Shown one piece after another: positions 9,217-18,356 of a stretch of DNA of 40,053 bases. Numbering within the stretch: position 1 is the stretch's first letter; the number at the start of each line of letters is the position of its first letter. The DNA is from a virus (lineage: Duplodnaviria; Caudoviricetes): positions 1 through 40,053 of IMG/VR virus record IMGVR_UViG_3300031577_000008. One strand, given 5' to 3'. The notes under the pieces are model-generated. The model made no database searches. It was given only the letters and a program-made list of their open reading frames with translations, and was not told the origin of the DNA. Position numbers and translations under genes: made by a program.

Positions 9217-9950
9217 GTGAAAACAAATTAAACTTGGTGTTACCGAAAGATTACAACGGTACACCGATAGAAGTAGTATTGAGAGAAGGCGAAGCAGCCT
9301 GCCAGTTAGAACCAAAAGAGCCTGAAAAGATAGATATTCGTGGCACAATCGAATCGCCCCTGAGATGGCTGGAAAAGCGTATTGGGCTTATCAATCAGAA
9401 ATCAGCTAATATCAAGGTAAACAGGGATAATATGATTATTACCTTGACAATTGATGAAACCAATTACTATCAAGCAAGTATATCAGGTAGACTTGAGGTT
9501 TCAAAAGAGATGAAGGAGTTCGGCATCAATACCGATAATACTTGGGAACCAAACAAGCTTTCGCTATTCATCAAGATGCACCGGGCATTCTTTACTGACA
9601 AATCCCAAAATATGCAGCTTGTGTCCATCCTCAAAAACTTCAAAGCAAAAGTGAATCAGGACATAGAACGAAGCAAAGAAGAAAATGGCAGTAAGGTAGA
9701 TAACTATTCTCAAGTGGTTGATTCCAATTTGCCGAAATCTTTCAAACTATTTATTCCGCTATTCAAAGGTTTTGCTTGTGAAGAAATCGAAGTCGAGATC
9801 TACGCTGATGTAGACGGGCGGGACGTTTCTCTATCTCTTGTTTCTGCTGGTGCTAACGAAGCAATCGAAGAATACAAGAATAGTGTCATTGACGAACAAT
9901 TGGAGGCAATCAAAGTTATTGCGCCCGATATCGTAATCATCGAACAATAA
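9213..9950 (+). CDS. Hypothetical phage protein
   Basis: 245 aa, ATGA overlap with the upstream gene. Confidence 0.8.
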   Translation: MSENKLNLVLPKDYNGTPIEVVLREGEAACQLEPKEPEKIDIRGTIESPLRWLEKRIGLINQKSANIKVNRDNMIITLTIDETNYYQASISGRLEVSKEMKEFGINTDNTWEPNKLSLFIKMHRAFFTDKSQNMQLVSILKNFKAKVNQDIERSKEENGSKVDNYSQVVDSNLPKSFKLFIPLFKGFACEEIEVEIYADVDGRDVSLSLVSAGANEAIEEYKNSVIDEQLEAIKVIAPDIVIIEQ

Positions 9951-9987
9951 TAATAAAGTCCTACGTCAGACGTGGCGTAGGCAAAAC

Positions 9988-10055
9988 GGGCTATTAGTCA
10001 AGGCTGACATCGGAGTGTTTTCCCGAGAACAGCGGTTCGATTCCGCTATAGTCCA
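9988..10055 (+). ncRNA. tRNA-like element with a reduced D-loop (atypical or pseudo-tRNA)
   Basis: Acceptor GGGCTAT/ATAGTCC plus A, D-arm GTCA-AGGC-TGAC, anticodon arm TCGG/CCGA, canonical T-arm AGCGG-TTCGATT-CCGCT. Confidence 0.7.
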
Positions 10056-10074
10056 CATCCTAAATTTATATTTT

Positions 10075-10371
10075 ATGAAACAGATAAGTAAAAAACAGGC
10101 TCAAAAAAACAGAGCGGTAGCAAAGATCAAATCTGAGTTACCGTTCTTTTGTGCTATATGCGGCAAACGCGCAACCGGTGACGGAGCTCATTTACTCCCG
10201 AAATCACTTTGGCCGGAACATTATACAGAACCTAAGAATCTCGTTCGTCTTTGCCGGAGATGCCACAGGAGATATGACTATGATATCGAATTCAGAAAAC
10301 AGCAGGTAAAATTAATCAGGCAGGTTCAGTCTTTCGATGAACTTGCCGCAAACAGATATTTTAAATTATGA
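10075..10371 (+). CDS. HNH endonuclease (NinG-like)
   Basis: CAIC...AHL...NLVRLCRRCH; ATG at 10075 is the likely start. Confidence 0.8.
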   Translation: MKQISKKQAQKNRAVAKIKSELPFFCAICGKRATGDGAHLLPKSLWPEHYTEPKNLVRLCRRCHRRYDYDIEFRKQQVKLIRQVQSFDELAANRYFKL

Positions 10372-10721
10372 AACAGGTAATACACGGGAAATGCCCGAGC
10401 AAGTCAAATAGCTATAAGGTTGTAACACTAAAAGGCCATGGAAGTCTTGCCAAACAAACGACTTTGAAAAATTACGAAAAGTCCTTTTACCTGCAATGCA
10501 ATCAATATCGGAACAAAATGATAAATAGTTTATTTGAACTCCATTTAAATGTCTTCTACGAAAATCAACGTCCCGATCTGGATAACTGTATGAAGATTGT
10601 TTTGGATTGCCTGCAGGGCTGCAAAGCCGTCAGGAACGATCGGAATTGCGTGAAGATTATAGCCGAGAAATTTATCGACAAAACAGATCCACGCATTGAA
10701 TTTGAAATATTTCCAATTTAA
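10368..10721 (+). CDS. rusA: RusA-family Holliday junction resolvase
   Basis: PSKSN, RPDLDNCMKIVLDCL and NDR motifs. Confidence 0.85.
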   Translation: MKQVIHGKCPSKSNSYKVVTLKGHGSLAKQTTLKNYEKSFYLQCNQYRNKMINSLFELHLNVFYENQRPDLDNCMKIVLDCLQGCKAVRNDRNCVKIIAEKFIDKTDPRIEFEIFPI

Positions 10722-10737
10722 ATATGGAGTGTAAAAT

Positions 10738-11619
10738 ATGGCCAGACCGCTTAAACAAGGAATAGATTACTTTCCTTTCGATGTCGGTTTCTTTAATGAC
10801 GTGAAAGTTAGAAAAATATCACGAGCATGTGGCGCAAGTTCAACTTCTATACTTATTTGCCTGCTGTGTAATATCTATAAAGATAATGGGTATTACATCT
10901 TGTGGGACGAAGATTTGCCTTTTGTTATTGCCGACATGGTCGGGGTTTCCGAGGGCTCAGTAAAAGAAGTATTGCTAAAGGCATTGCAAGTCGGATTTTT
11001 CGATAAAGATATCTACGAAAAATATAAGATACTTACTTCTCATGGAATACAGAAACGTTTTAAGTCTGCTGTTTACAAACGTGGAGAAACTGAATTTATG
11101 GTAGAATATTTAGTTTCTGATATCAAAAACGTGGTTTTGGATATCCAAAACGGAGTTTCGGACACCGAAAGTACACAAAGTAAAGTAAAAGTAAATAGAA
11201 AGAATATTAAACCTAAAGAAAACTCTACTAGCGTAGAGCAAAAGAAAGCCGAACAAGCCAAGAAACTAGCCGCAGCTAAAGCTGCTACTCTCTCACGTAG
11301 AAAAAACTTTTATGATTCTCTGATTCCTTTCGTAAAAACCAGTAGTGGAGGAAGATATTCCAGGGAGATGATCCGGGCCTTTTTCAACTATTGGTCAGAG
11401 ATGAACAAAAGCGAGACTAAGATGCGATTTGAAAAACAGCCCACTTGGGAAGTCGCAAAAAGACTGGCCACATGGGCAAATAAAGAGAAATTCAATGGAA
11501 GAACTAAAAATGCTGATACTTCCCTCTCAGGTCCGTTCAATACAGCAAACGAAGAAGAGGGAACTAACGCCGATTCAGCAGGAATTAAAGAACTCATTAA
11601 CGTCGTCCGAATTGGTTGA
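10738..11619 (+). CDS. DUF4373 (Lin1244/Lin1753-like) replication initiator
   Basis: MARPLKQGIDYFPFDV start, ILTSHGIQKRF, C-terminal AFFNYWSE...RLATW domain, internal iterons. Confidence 0.8.
   Translation: MARPLKQGIDYFPFDVGFFNDVKVRKISRACGASSTSILICLLCNIYKDNGYYILWDEDLPFVIADMVGVSEGSVKEVLLKALQVGFFDKDIYEKYKILTSHGIQKRFKSAVYKRGETEFMVEYLVSDIKNVVLDIQNGVSDTESTQSKVKVNRKNIKPKENSTSVEQKKAEQAKKLAAAKAATLSRRKNFYDSLIPFVKTSSGGRYSREMIRAFFNYWSEMNKSETKMRFEKQPTWEVAKRLATWANKEKFNGRTKNADTSLSGPFNTANEEEGTNADSAGIKELINVVRIG
11113..11172. repeat. Three 18-bp palindromic iterons at a 21-bp period, putative replication origin
   Basis: GTTTCTGATATCAAAAAC, GTTTTGGATATCCAAAAC (perfect palindrome) and GTTTCGGACACCGAAAGT, followed by an A-rich tract. 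Confidence 0.7.
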
Positions 11620-12307
11620 ACAATGGGGCGGTGCCATTGCACAAATAAAATCCGTTACCGACATACAGCTCATCGCAGCCAACAGGCAGATACCAACTCT
11701 GGCCGACGTGTCGGTCGTTTTTGGGAACGATACGGTGATAAAAATCATATCAGAACACTTGCGCAGTTTGTGCAAGAACGCAGATACAGGACTTACCACA
11801 TACCAGTTTGCGGATACTTCACTACTTATCGCCACAGAGTACTACTACCTGAATCTGGCTGAACTGTCATACTTCTTTCGGGGATGCAAGATCGGCAGGT
11901 ACGGGCAACTCGTATGGGGAAGTAATCTGAATGTTCAGCAGATGATGACGGCGGCGAGACGCTTCCTGACAGAGAGAAGCGAAGCTATCGACAGAAATGA
12001 AAAAAAGTTGATCGAGCAGCGAAAAGAGAAAGGATTCATGAAAATCAATATAGCAGCACAATGCATTGTCTCCGGAACCGATTACATACGGGATATTAAC
12101 GAAAAAGCGAAGAACGATTTTAATGCATTTTGCGGGCTTTTCCCAAATCTCCCGAAGAGTTATTCCCCTCAGACATGGTGGAATGCATGGAGAGGAGAAA
12201 ATGAGGCCTTGAAGCTGATCTATAACGGCGAGTGCCCTTCCCCGTATATTGCGGAGCGGGATATAGGAGAATATCTATGTGAGTATAATATTAGCCTGAA
12301 GAAATGA
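11495..12307 (+). CDS. Hypothetical replication-associated protein
   Basis: Overlaps the initiator 3' end; likely ATG at 11495; YYYLNLAELSYFF...GRYG. Confidence 0.7.
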   Translation: MEELKMLILPSQVRSIQQTKKRELTPIQQELKNSLTSSELVEQWGGAIAQIKSVTDIQLIAANRQIPTLADVSVVFGNDTVIKIISEHLRSLCKNADTGLTTYQFADTSLLIATEYYYLNLAELSYFFRGCKIGRYGQLVWGSNLNVQQMMTAARRFLTERSEAIDRNEKKLIEQRKEKGFMKINIAAQCIVSGTDYIRDINEKAKNDFNAFCGLFPNLPKSYSPQTWWNAWRGENEALKLIYNGECPSPYIAERDIGEYLCEYNISLKK

Positions 12308-12489
12308 AACTAACAATTTATTGGATAACAGAAGATGCGGAAAGTATCCGGCGCATAAGGGAGAAATTCAATCTGCCACCCGACATAACTGTCAATGGAG
12401 AAACTCCTGCAGAAATACGGGAGGAAGATCTTCCCCTGCTTAAAGAAACAGAGAAAAGAGGATTTCTTCGAATCAGGAATAAGCAGTAG
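12304..12489 (+). CDS. Small hypothetical phage protein
   Basis: 61 aa, ATGA-coupled. Confidence 0.7.
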   Translation: MKLTIYWITEDAESIRRIREKFNLPPDITVNGETPAEIREEDLPLLKETEKRGFLRIRNKQ

Positions 12490-12498
12490 TAAGGGTAA

Positions 12499-12687
12499 CT
12501 ACATTTTGCTCTTAAATTTTTTCACGATACCCCAGACAAGGATTACCGCTCCCAGGCCTAGGGCAACCCCTTGAAAGAATTTAATGGGATGCGATGGATA
12601 TTGGTTTGATAAGAAGTTTAGTATGTTCGATATACATATCAGAGCAGCACCTAAGATCATTATTGTATTCGCACTAAGTTTTTTCAT
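12499..12687 (-). CDS. Counter-transcribed small two-TM membrane protein
   Basis: Probable start MKKLSANT at 12687; two hydrophobic helices. Confidence 0.6.
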   Translation of the reverse strand: MKKLSANTIMILGAALICISNILNFLSNQYPSHPIKFFQGVALGLGAVILVWGIVKKFKSKM

Positions 12688-12760
12688 AATTCGATGTTTT
12701 ATAAACTTAGTCTTGGAAAACGATAGAAAATCACACTTTGATGACCTATAGGCATAAAAT

Positions 12761-12823
12761 AAAAAAGGAGTCACGCCTGACTCCAACCTTTGTTAACCTT
12801 AAATCTAATACTATGAAAAACAC
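12761..12823 (-). ncRNA. Putative ~60-nt small RNA
   Basis: Promoter TTTG(12858-55)-N19-TACCTTTG(12835-28), a short non-coding stretch, then terminator GGAGTCA-GGCG-TGACTCC-TTTTTT. Confidence 0.65.
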
Positions 12824-13003
12824 ACTGCAAAGGTATCGAAATTCGGGCTCCCACCAAATATTCAGTGCATTATGGCCTCATTTATAACATGGTTTAATAT
12901 ATCGAAAGGTTTAGTTAACTGATTAACGTAATATGAATGCGTATTAACTTAAATAGACCTTGTGATATGTTAGATTCTTACCCAATTCAAATTCGCTAAA
13001 CGT

Positions 13004-13081
13004 ATGAAGCAAATTATAAAATTCATCTTCTGCATGATTGCATTCTTTGCGGCCATGCAGATAATAAGCTATGTATTATGA
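13004..13081 (+). CDS. 25-aa hydrophobic peptide
   Basis: MKQIIKFIFCMIAFFAAMQIISYVL*, ATGA-coupled to the next ORF. Confidence 0.4.
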   Translation: MKQIIKFIFCMIAFFAAMQIISYVL

Positions 13082-13239
13082 TAATAAAAGAAGCAAAGTT
13101 AATCGCTGATGATAATTCCCATATAATCATCAACGGGCCGATAGAAACGGCTGATCTCGAGAGAACAAGAAAGGAGCTACACGCTATCTACAGGTGTGAC
13201 CGTATATTATTCACTTTTGAAGAGGAGGAAAAGAAATGA
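13078..13239 (+). CDS. Small hypothetical protein (53 aa, not in the ORF track)
   Basis: MIIKEAKLIADDNSH...FEEEEKK*, ATGA overlaps at both ends. Confidence 0.6.
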   Translation: MIIKEAKLIADDNSHIIINGPIETADLERTRKELHAIYRCDRILFTFEEEEKK

Positions 13240-13418
13240 AAAAATTAATGCTGTTATTATTGGGTATTGCTACAACTTGGGCATGTACTAAAGAGTGTAT
13301 TGAATCTGAGTATCCGGATATGGGAACAGAATACTGGACCAAAAGTGATTCTGACTCAGTTTATCACGTAGGGGATAAACCAGACAGCATCCATGTGATA
13401 AAAGTCAATCAGAAATAG
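13236..13418 (+). CDS. Small putative lipoprotein
   Basis: MKKLMLLLLGIATTWAC signal peptide with lipobox. Confidence 0.65.
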   Translation: MKKLMLLLLGIATTWACTKECIESEYPDMGTEYWTKSDSDSVYHVGDKPDSIHVIKVNQK

Positions 13419-13432
13419 CCCCATTAACGAGA

Positions 13433-13621
13433 ATGAATTTTGATAATTACTTATTGGTCAGTGCTAAATATCTGCCGCTACGAGCACAAATAGTACTTAG
13501 TAAAGAAGAATATTGGTGTTATCTGGCAGAGGATAGCCTAAGGAAAAGAATTTATCGAAGAAATATAGCTATTATTAGGCTAACGAAGATAGTAGCAATC
13601 GCAACTCCGAGAGAAATATAA
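13433..13621 (+). CDS. Small hypothetical protein
   Basis: 62 aa; 3' end overlaps a convergent ORF. Confidence 0.4.
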   Translation: MNFDNYLLVSAKYLPLRAQIVLSKEEYWCYLAEDSLRKRIYRRNIAIIRLTKIVAIATPREI

Positions 13622-13734
13622 TATTGTCTTGACACTTTTTTGGAATTTGCACGTTCTTTAGCCTCTTTGCGACATTCTTCACAATATTCTGAAAGCCCAT
13701 TATCTGGCTTATTATCCTTAAAAAACTTTTCCAT
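13552..13734 (-). CDS. Counter-transcribed small protein with CxxC and a C-terminal TM helix
   Basis: YCEEC motif, hydrophobic C-terminus, TATATTTG -7 box directly upstream. Confidence 0.55.
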   Translation of the reverse strand: MEKFFKDNKPDNGLSEYCEECRKEAKERANSKKVSRQYYISLGVAIATIFVSLIIAIFLR

Positions 13735-13774
13735 ATAGTATAAATTTTCAGCAAATATATAAAAAAATGAGAAG

Positions 13775-14431
13775 ATGAAAGCAATATCAATAAAACAGCC
13801 GTGGGCAAGTTTGATAGTCCACGGTATTAAAGACGTTGAGAATCGAACTTGGAAGTGCCCAAAGAAATATATAAAGCAAAGAGTCTTAGTCCATGCTGGG
13901 AATAAGCCGGCAGACTTTTGGAATTATCCCCTTTCAGGGTGTATCAGTGATTTTATCCGAAAGATTTCAAAATCAGGTACAGACTGGAGACAATATCCAC
14001 ACGGGGCCATTATCGGAAGCGTTGAGATAGTAGATTGCGTTATCAATAATCCTTCAGTCTGGGCAGAAAAGTCTTTAGAAAATAAGTGCCCGGAATGCGG
14101 ACGTGAAATAACGGACCTTAAATCTGATTATCAGGAATGCCCTGACTGCAGACGCAGATTATGGAAACACAGCAACTACGATACTCCAATTTATAACTGG
14201 GTACTTGCTAACCCGATATTATTTTCAACACCGGTATCTGCCAAGGGTAAATTAAGCTTCTGGGAGTATGAAGGATTAAAAGAAGTGGAGATCATTTGCC
14301 CTGAGTGTGGAAGTGTACAAAAAGCTTTAGAAAACTATACTACGCAGCCTTTCGCTACATATATACATACATGCCGTGAATGCGGATATATTATAGAAGA
14401 AAGTGAATGGAATATCATTCCCAGAAGATAA
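13775..14431 (+). CDS. ASCH-domain protein with two Zn ribbons
   Basis: ISIKQPWASLIVHGIKDVENRTW; CPEC/CPDC insertion and C-terminal CPEC/CREC. Confidence 0.9.
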   Translation: MKAISIKQPWASLIVHGIKDVENRTWKCPKKYIKQRVLVHAGNKPADFWNYPLSGCISDFIRKISKSGTDWRQYPHGAIIGSVEIVDCVINNPSVWAEKSLENKCPECGREITDLKSDYQECPDCRRRLWKHSNYDTPIYNWVLANPILFSTPVSAKGKLSFWEYEGLKEVEIICPECGSVQKALENYTTQPFATYIHTCRECGYIIEESEWNIIPRR

Positions 14432-14465
14432 TCACGAATCAAAATAATGTTTAAACAGAAAAACA

Positions 14466-14663
14466 ATGAAAAGTAAAGTTATCACATTAGAATTAGTTAA
14501 TACTCCTGATGCACTCATAAGATTGCAGGAGCTCGCAGTCAAGAATCTCAAAAAGCAGAATATGGACGAAGACTTCCTCGATTTTCAGGAAGATATTTTA
14601 AAGTGTTTAAAAGTAATCAGGCAAATGAATATTGTCGACATAACAGGGTTAAATAAAAACTAA
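14466..14663 (+). CDS. Small hypothetical protein
   Basis: 65 aa ORF with an A-rich leader. Confidence 0.6.
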   Translation: MKSKVITLELVNTPDALIRLQELAVKNLKKQNMDEDFLDFQEDILKCLKVIRQMNIVDITGLNKN

Positions 14664-14670
14664 ACAGATT

Positions 14671-14835
14671 ATGAATTTTGCAGAAGAAGATATTGTGTGT
14701 CCCGTCTGTGGAGAAACTTTTTCTCCCGAATATGGAGAACTGAACGAATATGGAGATATCGTTTGTCCGAGTTGCGCCGGTGATCCTCCGCTATATGAAG
14801 AAGAAGAAGAAAGTGAAAACAGGCCGCGTAATTAA
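14671..14835 (+). CDS. Small Zn-ribbon protein (54 aa, not in the ORF track)
   Basis: MNFAEEDIVCPVCGETF...DIVCPSCAG...EEEEES. Confidence 0.65.
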   Translation: MNFAEEDIVCPVCGETFSPEYGELNEYGDIVCPSCAGDPPLYEEEEESENRPRN

Positions 14836-14955
14836 GAATTTAACAGGATCATTTAAAACAGGCATGATGAACACATCTCAGTATATAGCGATAGCAATGG
14901 AATCAGTGGCCCTTATTCTTTTAATAGTAATCATAATCAAAGAACGTAAAAACCT

Positions 14956-15195
14956 ATGGTGAAAGAAGCGATACTGGAGGAAATGAAAATCAGGAATATG
15001 AGCATTGGAGGGCTGGCGCTTAGATCCGGGATAAATGTCAATACGCTGAAAAGCGCCTTAACGAAGAATAGCACCCATAATCTGGGTATAAAAAATGTAG
15101 AGAGAATCTTTAATGCCTTAGACCTGAAAATAGTAAGAAACATGACTTATGAAGATTTGGTGTATAATTCATTAAAACAGCAACCTCCCAAATAA
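14956..15195 (+). CDS. Xre/Cro-type HTH regulator
   Basis: SIGGLALRSGINVNTLKSAL...VERIFNALDL. Confidence 0.75.
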   Translation: MVKEAILEEMKIRNMSIGGLALRSGINVNTLKSALTKNSTHNLGIKNVERIFNALDLKIVRNMTYEDLVYNSLKQQPPK

Positions 15196-15213
15196 CAACC
15201 CGATATACTTTTA
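15174..15213 (+). promoter_or_regulatory. Putative late promoter AAAACAGCAAC-N21-TACTTTTA
   Basis: Same motif and spacing at 19735-19774 and 35276-35315. Confidence 0.55.
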
Positions 15214-15224
15214 CAATAAAAACG

Positions 15225-17984
15225 ATGGCAACAAAAGTGAACATACCAATTCTTGGTATAACCCGGAATACGGATGATGGAATATCCAAAGACGGTGAAT
15301 GTATGGAGCTCATAAATGCGCGGCTAAAAGACGGTTCCATTGAGCCTATAGGCAACCCCATACAACTTTCTTATTTCGATAAACAATACAAGTCCGCTTA
15401 TTATCATTCGATGACGGATAAATATTTGTTTATCCGCTCTTCTGACGGAAGCGTGGATGTCTTATCCAACGACTTCGCCACCAGCTACATTCTATCAAGC
15501 GATATCTCCGGAATAGAGAGGATAGAATTCATTGGATATATGGTTTGTTTATTTAAGGAAGATCATATCGTATATTGTATTTATGATAATGGAGAGTATA
15601 AGTATTTAGGGAAACAGCCTGAAATGCCCACACTTAACATAACTCAGGAATGCGATTATAATCTGGTTGTGACAGAGAGTGAATATTACCAGAGAGGCGC
15701 TCCTTCAACGACCTCTTCGGAATATGATCCGGGATTAGATCTTAATAAAATCGGATACGGTTTTTTTGACGAATGTATCTCTTCATTAAATAAAAAGGGA
15801 TGTTTCATTGACAGGACTCTAATACGATACGCCTTTAGATTATATGATGGGAATTACATCATGCATTCCCCCGTATACCTTGTTCAAAATGACGGTTCCG
15901 TAACCGTTACTTTTAAATATGGCTCCACGGCCAGCAGAGAAGAAGATTTCTGGAAAACAGTGACGCTGAAAAGAGGACCTTATGATAACTTTCAATATCT
16001 GGCCAAATACACAGCCGAAACTAAGGCCATGGACTATTATGAATTTGGAGTTATTGGATTCTACCCCAAATTCACATTTTCTAATTTGAACTTAGAGGGA
16101 TGGAAAAACCTGATCGTATCTATCGATGTCTTTGCTACCCGAAGCATAATGGACCAGGAGCTTGATGAGATCGGATTAAAAACACAGGCATCCGAATCAG
16201 TGTCCGGATCGTCAGGAAAATACTACCGGTATACGCCTAAGGATGCTCTTGAAGTAGGCAGGGATATTGCTAAGGAATACCAGTTTTATAAAATCGCAGA
16301 ATATGATTTAAAGGGAAATCTGACCGATAGAATAGAGAATGTTTCTGACGATAACTTATCCCTCGAGAATACGCTTGCGGACGATGAAGATACGCATGTT
16401 CTGAACACATCCGAATGTTCGTATGTATATAACTCCCGGTTACACCTTGGAAATGTGAAATCGAAGTTTTATGAGGGATATCCTTCCGACTACCTTTATC
16501 CGCCGGGATCAACAGCCACAAATGTAAAAAAAGCGTCCATATCTACCTATCTTACTTCCACAAATGGAACTGTGATCGTAAAAAGAGAATTCGGATCGGA
16601 ATTCCCATATCCTAACATCACCCCGTTTCTTGTATATCCGGACAACAGGGCATACAAAATGGTCATCTGCGTAGAGATAATAACCGGATATGCGGATGTT
16701 GACGGAACGTCAGTACCTGTTATCAGTACTAAGAGACGCGAGTTTACTCTAATTCCACACAAATATCTGAATCTGTCATATTGCATAAGTTATACCACTA
16801 CGGTAATACCGGGACGGGTTAACTCAACCACTTCAACGGCCATAGATTTTGGTGATATCTCGACCTGGGATGATGGAACTGACGACATAACAGAGCAAAA
16901 CACCTTCGAGATACGTCCCCATGTTCTCAAGGTGTCAGCCTTAAATAATCCATTCTATTTTCCGTCCAAAACAACATACACGCCATCGAGCCATGAAATA
17001 ACAGCTATCTGCTCGAATACGGCAGCACTCTCACAAGGACAGTTCGGGCAATATCCACTATATGTATTTTGCAAGGATGGCATCTATGCTATGAATGTGG
17101 GAACGGAGGTTGTTTATGCCAGCTCGTCTCCTGTAAGCAGAGATGTATGCAATAACCCTAACTCCGTTAAGGGATTAGATTCGGAAGTAGCTTTTGCCAC
17201 GGAACAGGGACTAATGTTAATCAGCGGAACCGAAGTAAGGAATATCTCGACTCCAATGAACGGCTATCTGCCAAGTTGTATCAGCTCCTCTCCCATCATC
17301 CCTAAGATCATGAAGATAGCCAAATTAGATTCATGCGCCTCCTCTTCTATCTTTTCAGACTACTGCAGCGGGGCTAAGATTGGATATAACTATCAGGAGA
17401 GGGAAATAATCGTTTCCAATCCGGATTATGCTTACTCCTATGTGTATTGCTTTAAATCGGATACATGGTGCAAGATTTCTAAAAAGGTAAATTCATTTAT
17501 AAATACCTATCCGGACATATTGGCCTTAGCGGATAACACACTGGAAGATAACAGTATAATAACCTCCGTCTGGAATCTGCAGAACTCCCACCGGAGTATA
17601 GCGGATATATGCCTTATCACCCGTCCGATCAAGATGGGAACGAACACACATAAGAGAATACTTCAGTCCGCATTAAGAGGCATCGTCAAAAGGTCATTGT
17701 CTGATTTATACCTCCGGGGAGAGGCTGTTCAGTTCAGAGAGGAAGGTGTCGAGATATTCTCGAATGTCGGGATGTACATTTTAGGATCTAATGATGCCGA
17801 ACATTTCTCCCTTGTGGCCGGAAAAGAAAAGATGGTAGACGTGAGAGACTTAATAACCAAAATGAATAAATCAAAACCATTCAAATACTTTATGCTTACT
17901 TTAGTCGGAGGAGTAAGAACCGACGTGGCCATTAACTATATTGAATGTGTGGTCGATGAATCTTATAATAATAGATTGAGATAA
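15225..17984 (+). CDS. Large virion protein, probably stabilisation/tail nozzle-like
   Basis: 919 aa, beta-rich with propeller-like segments (YVYNSRLHLGN, QFGQYPLYVFCKDGIYA); adjacent to neck-like genes. The function is inferred. Confidence 0.6.
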   Translation: MATKVNIPILGITRNTDDGISKDGECMELINARLKDGSIEPIGNPIQLSYFDKQYKSAYYHSMTDKYLFIRSSDGSVDVLSNDFATSYILSSDISGIERIEFIGYMVCLFKEDHIVYCIYDNGEYKYLGKQPEMPTLNITQECDYNLVVTESEYYQRGAPSTTSSEYDPGLDLNKIGYGFFDECISSLNKKGCFIDRTLIRYAFRLYDGNYIMHSPVYLVQNDGSVTVTFKYGSTASREEDFWKTVTLKRGPYDNFQYLAKYTAETKAMDYYEFGVIGFYPKFTFSNLNLEGWKNLIVSIDVFATRSIMDQELDEIGLKTQASESVSGSSGKYYRYTPKDALEVGRDIAKEYQFYKIAEYDLKGNLTDRIENVSDDNLSLENTLADDEDTHVLNTSECSYVYNSRLHLGNVKSKFYEGYPSDYLYPPGSTATNVKKASISTYLTSTNGTVIVKREFGSEFPYPNITPFLVYPDNRAYKMVICVEIITGYADVDGTSVPVISTKRREFTLIPHKYLNLSYCISYTTTVIPGRVNSTTSTAIDFGDISTWDDGTDDITEQNTFEIRPHVLKVSALNNPFYFPSKTTYTPSSHEITAICSNTAALSQGQFGQYPLYVFCKDGIYAMNVGTEVVYASSSPVSRDVCNNPNSVKGLDSEVAFATEQGLMLISGTEVRNISTPMNGYLPSCISSSPIIPKIMKIAKLDSCASSSIFSDYCSGAKIGYNYQEREIIVSNPDYAYSYVYCFKSDTWCKISKKVNSFINTYPDILALADNTLEDNSIITSVWNLQNSHRSIADICLITRPIKMGTNTHKRILQSALRGIVKRSLSDLYLRGEAVQFREEGVEIFSNVGMYILGSNDAEHFSLVAGKEKMVDVRDLITKMNKSKPFKYFMLTLVGGVRTDVAINYIECVVDESYNNRLR

Positions 17985-18020
17985 GCAAAACCTAGCGTTG
18001 GAGGTAAAGCGTATATAATA

Positions 18021-18326
18021 ATGGGACAAAAAATAATACTTGAATTTGAGGAAATTAACATCCTTCCAGAAAACATGTTTCAAAAAGAAAATTATCCATC
18101 AAATGGGCTCTATGTGGTAAATGATGGAATCGCTCGTTTTTTAGTTAGCGTAAGTGATTCACCCCAGATATTCTCTATGCCCATTACTTTGGAAGAGCTA
18201 CAAAAATATTCAGTTTATAAAACAGAAGAGGAATATCCTGTAATTACTAAAGACGAAAAGAATTCTTCTGAAGGATGGGTAAGTGCCAAAGCGTTAGTTG
18301 AAATCATTACCACCCTTAAAGGCTAA
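18021..18326 (+). CDS. Hypothetical protein
   Basis: 101 aa ORF ending at the convergent terminator. Confidence 0.6.
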   Translation: MGQKIILEFEEINILPENMFQKENYPSNGLYVVNDGIARFLVSVSDSPQIFSMPITLEELQKYSVYKTEEEYPVITKDEKNSSEGWVSAKALVEIITTLKG

Positions 18327-18329
18327 TAG

Positions 18330-18356
18330 AAAAAAGGGGATTAAACTCCCCTTTTT
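18330..18356. terminator. Bidirectional intrinsic terminator
   Basis: AAAAAAAGGGGA-TTAAAC-TCCCCTTTTT between convergent genes. Confidence 0.8.

Noticed and set aside
10015-10074. N-terminal extension of the HNH gene
   Set aside because: It overlaps the tRNA-like element; the ATG at 10075 has a typical AT-rich leader.
14750-14962. 70-aa ORF in the track
   Set aside because: It overlaps the more convincing Zn-ribbon ORF 14671-14835 in another frame; at most its 3' part may be a short membrane peptide.
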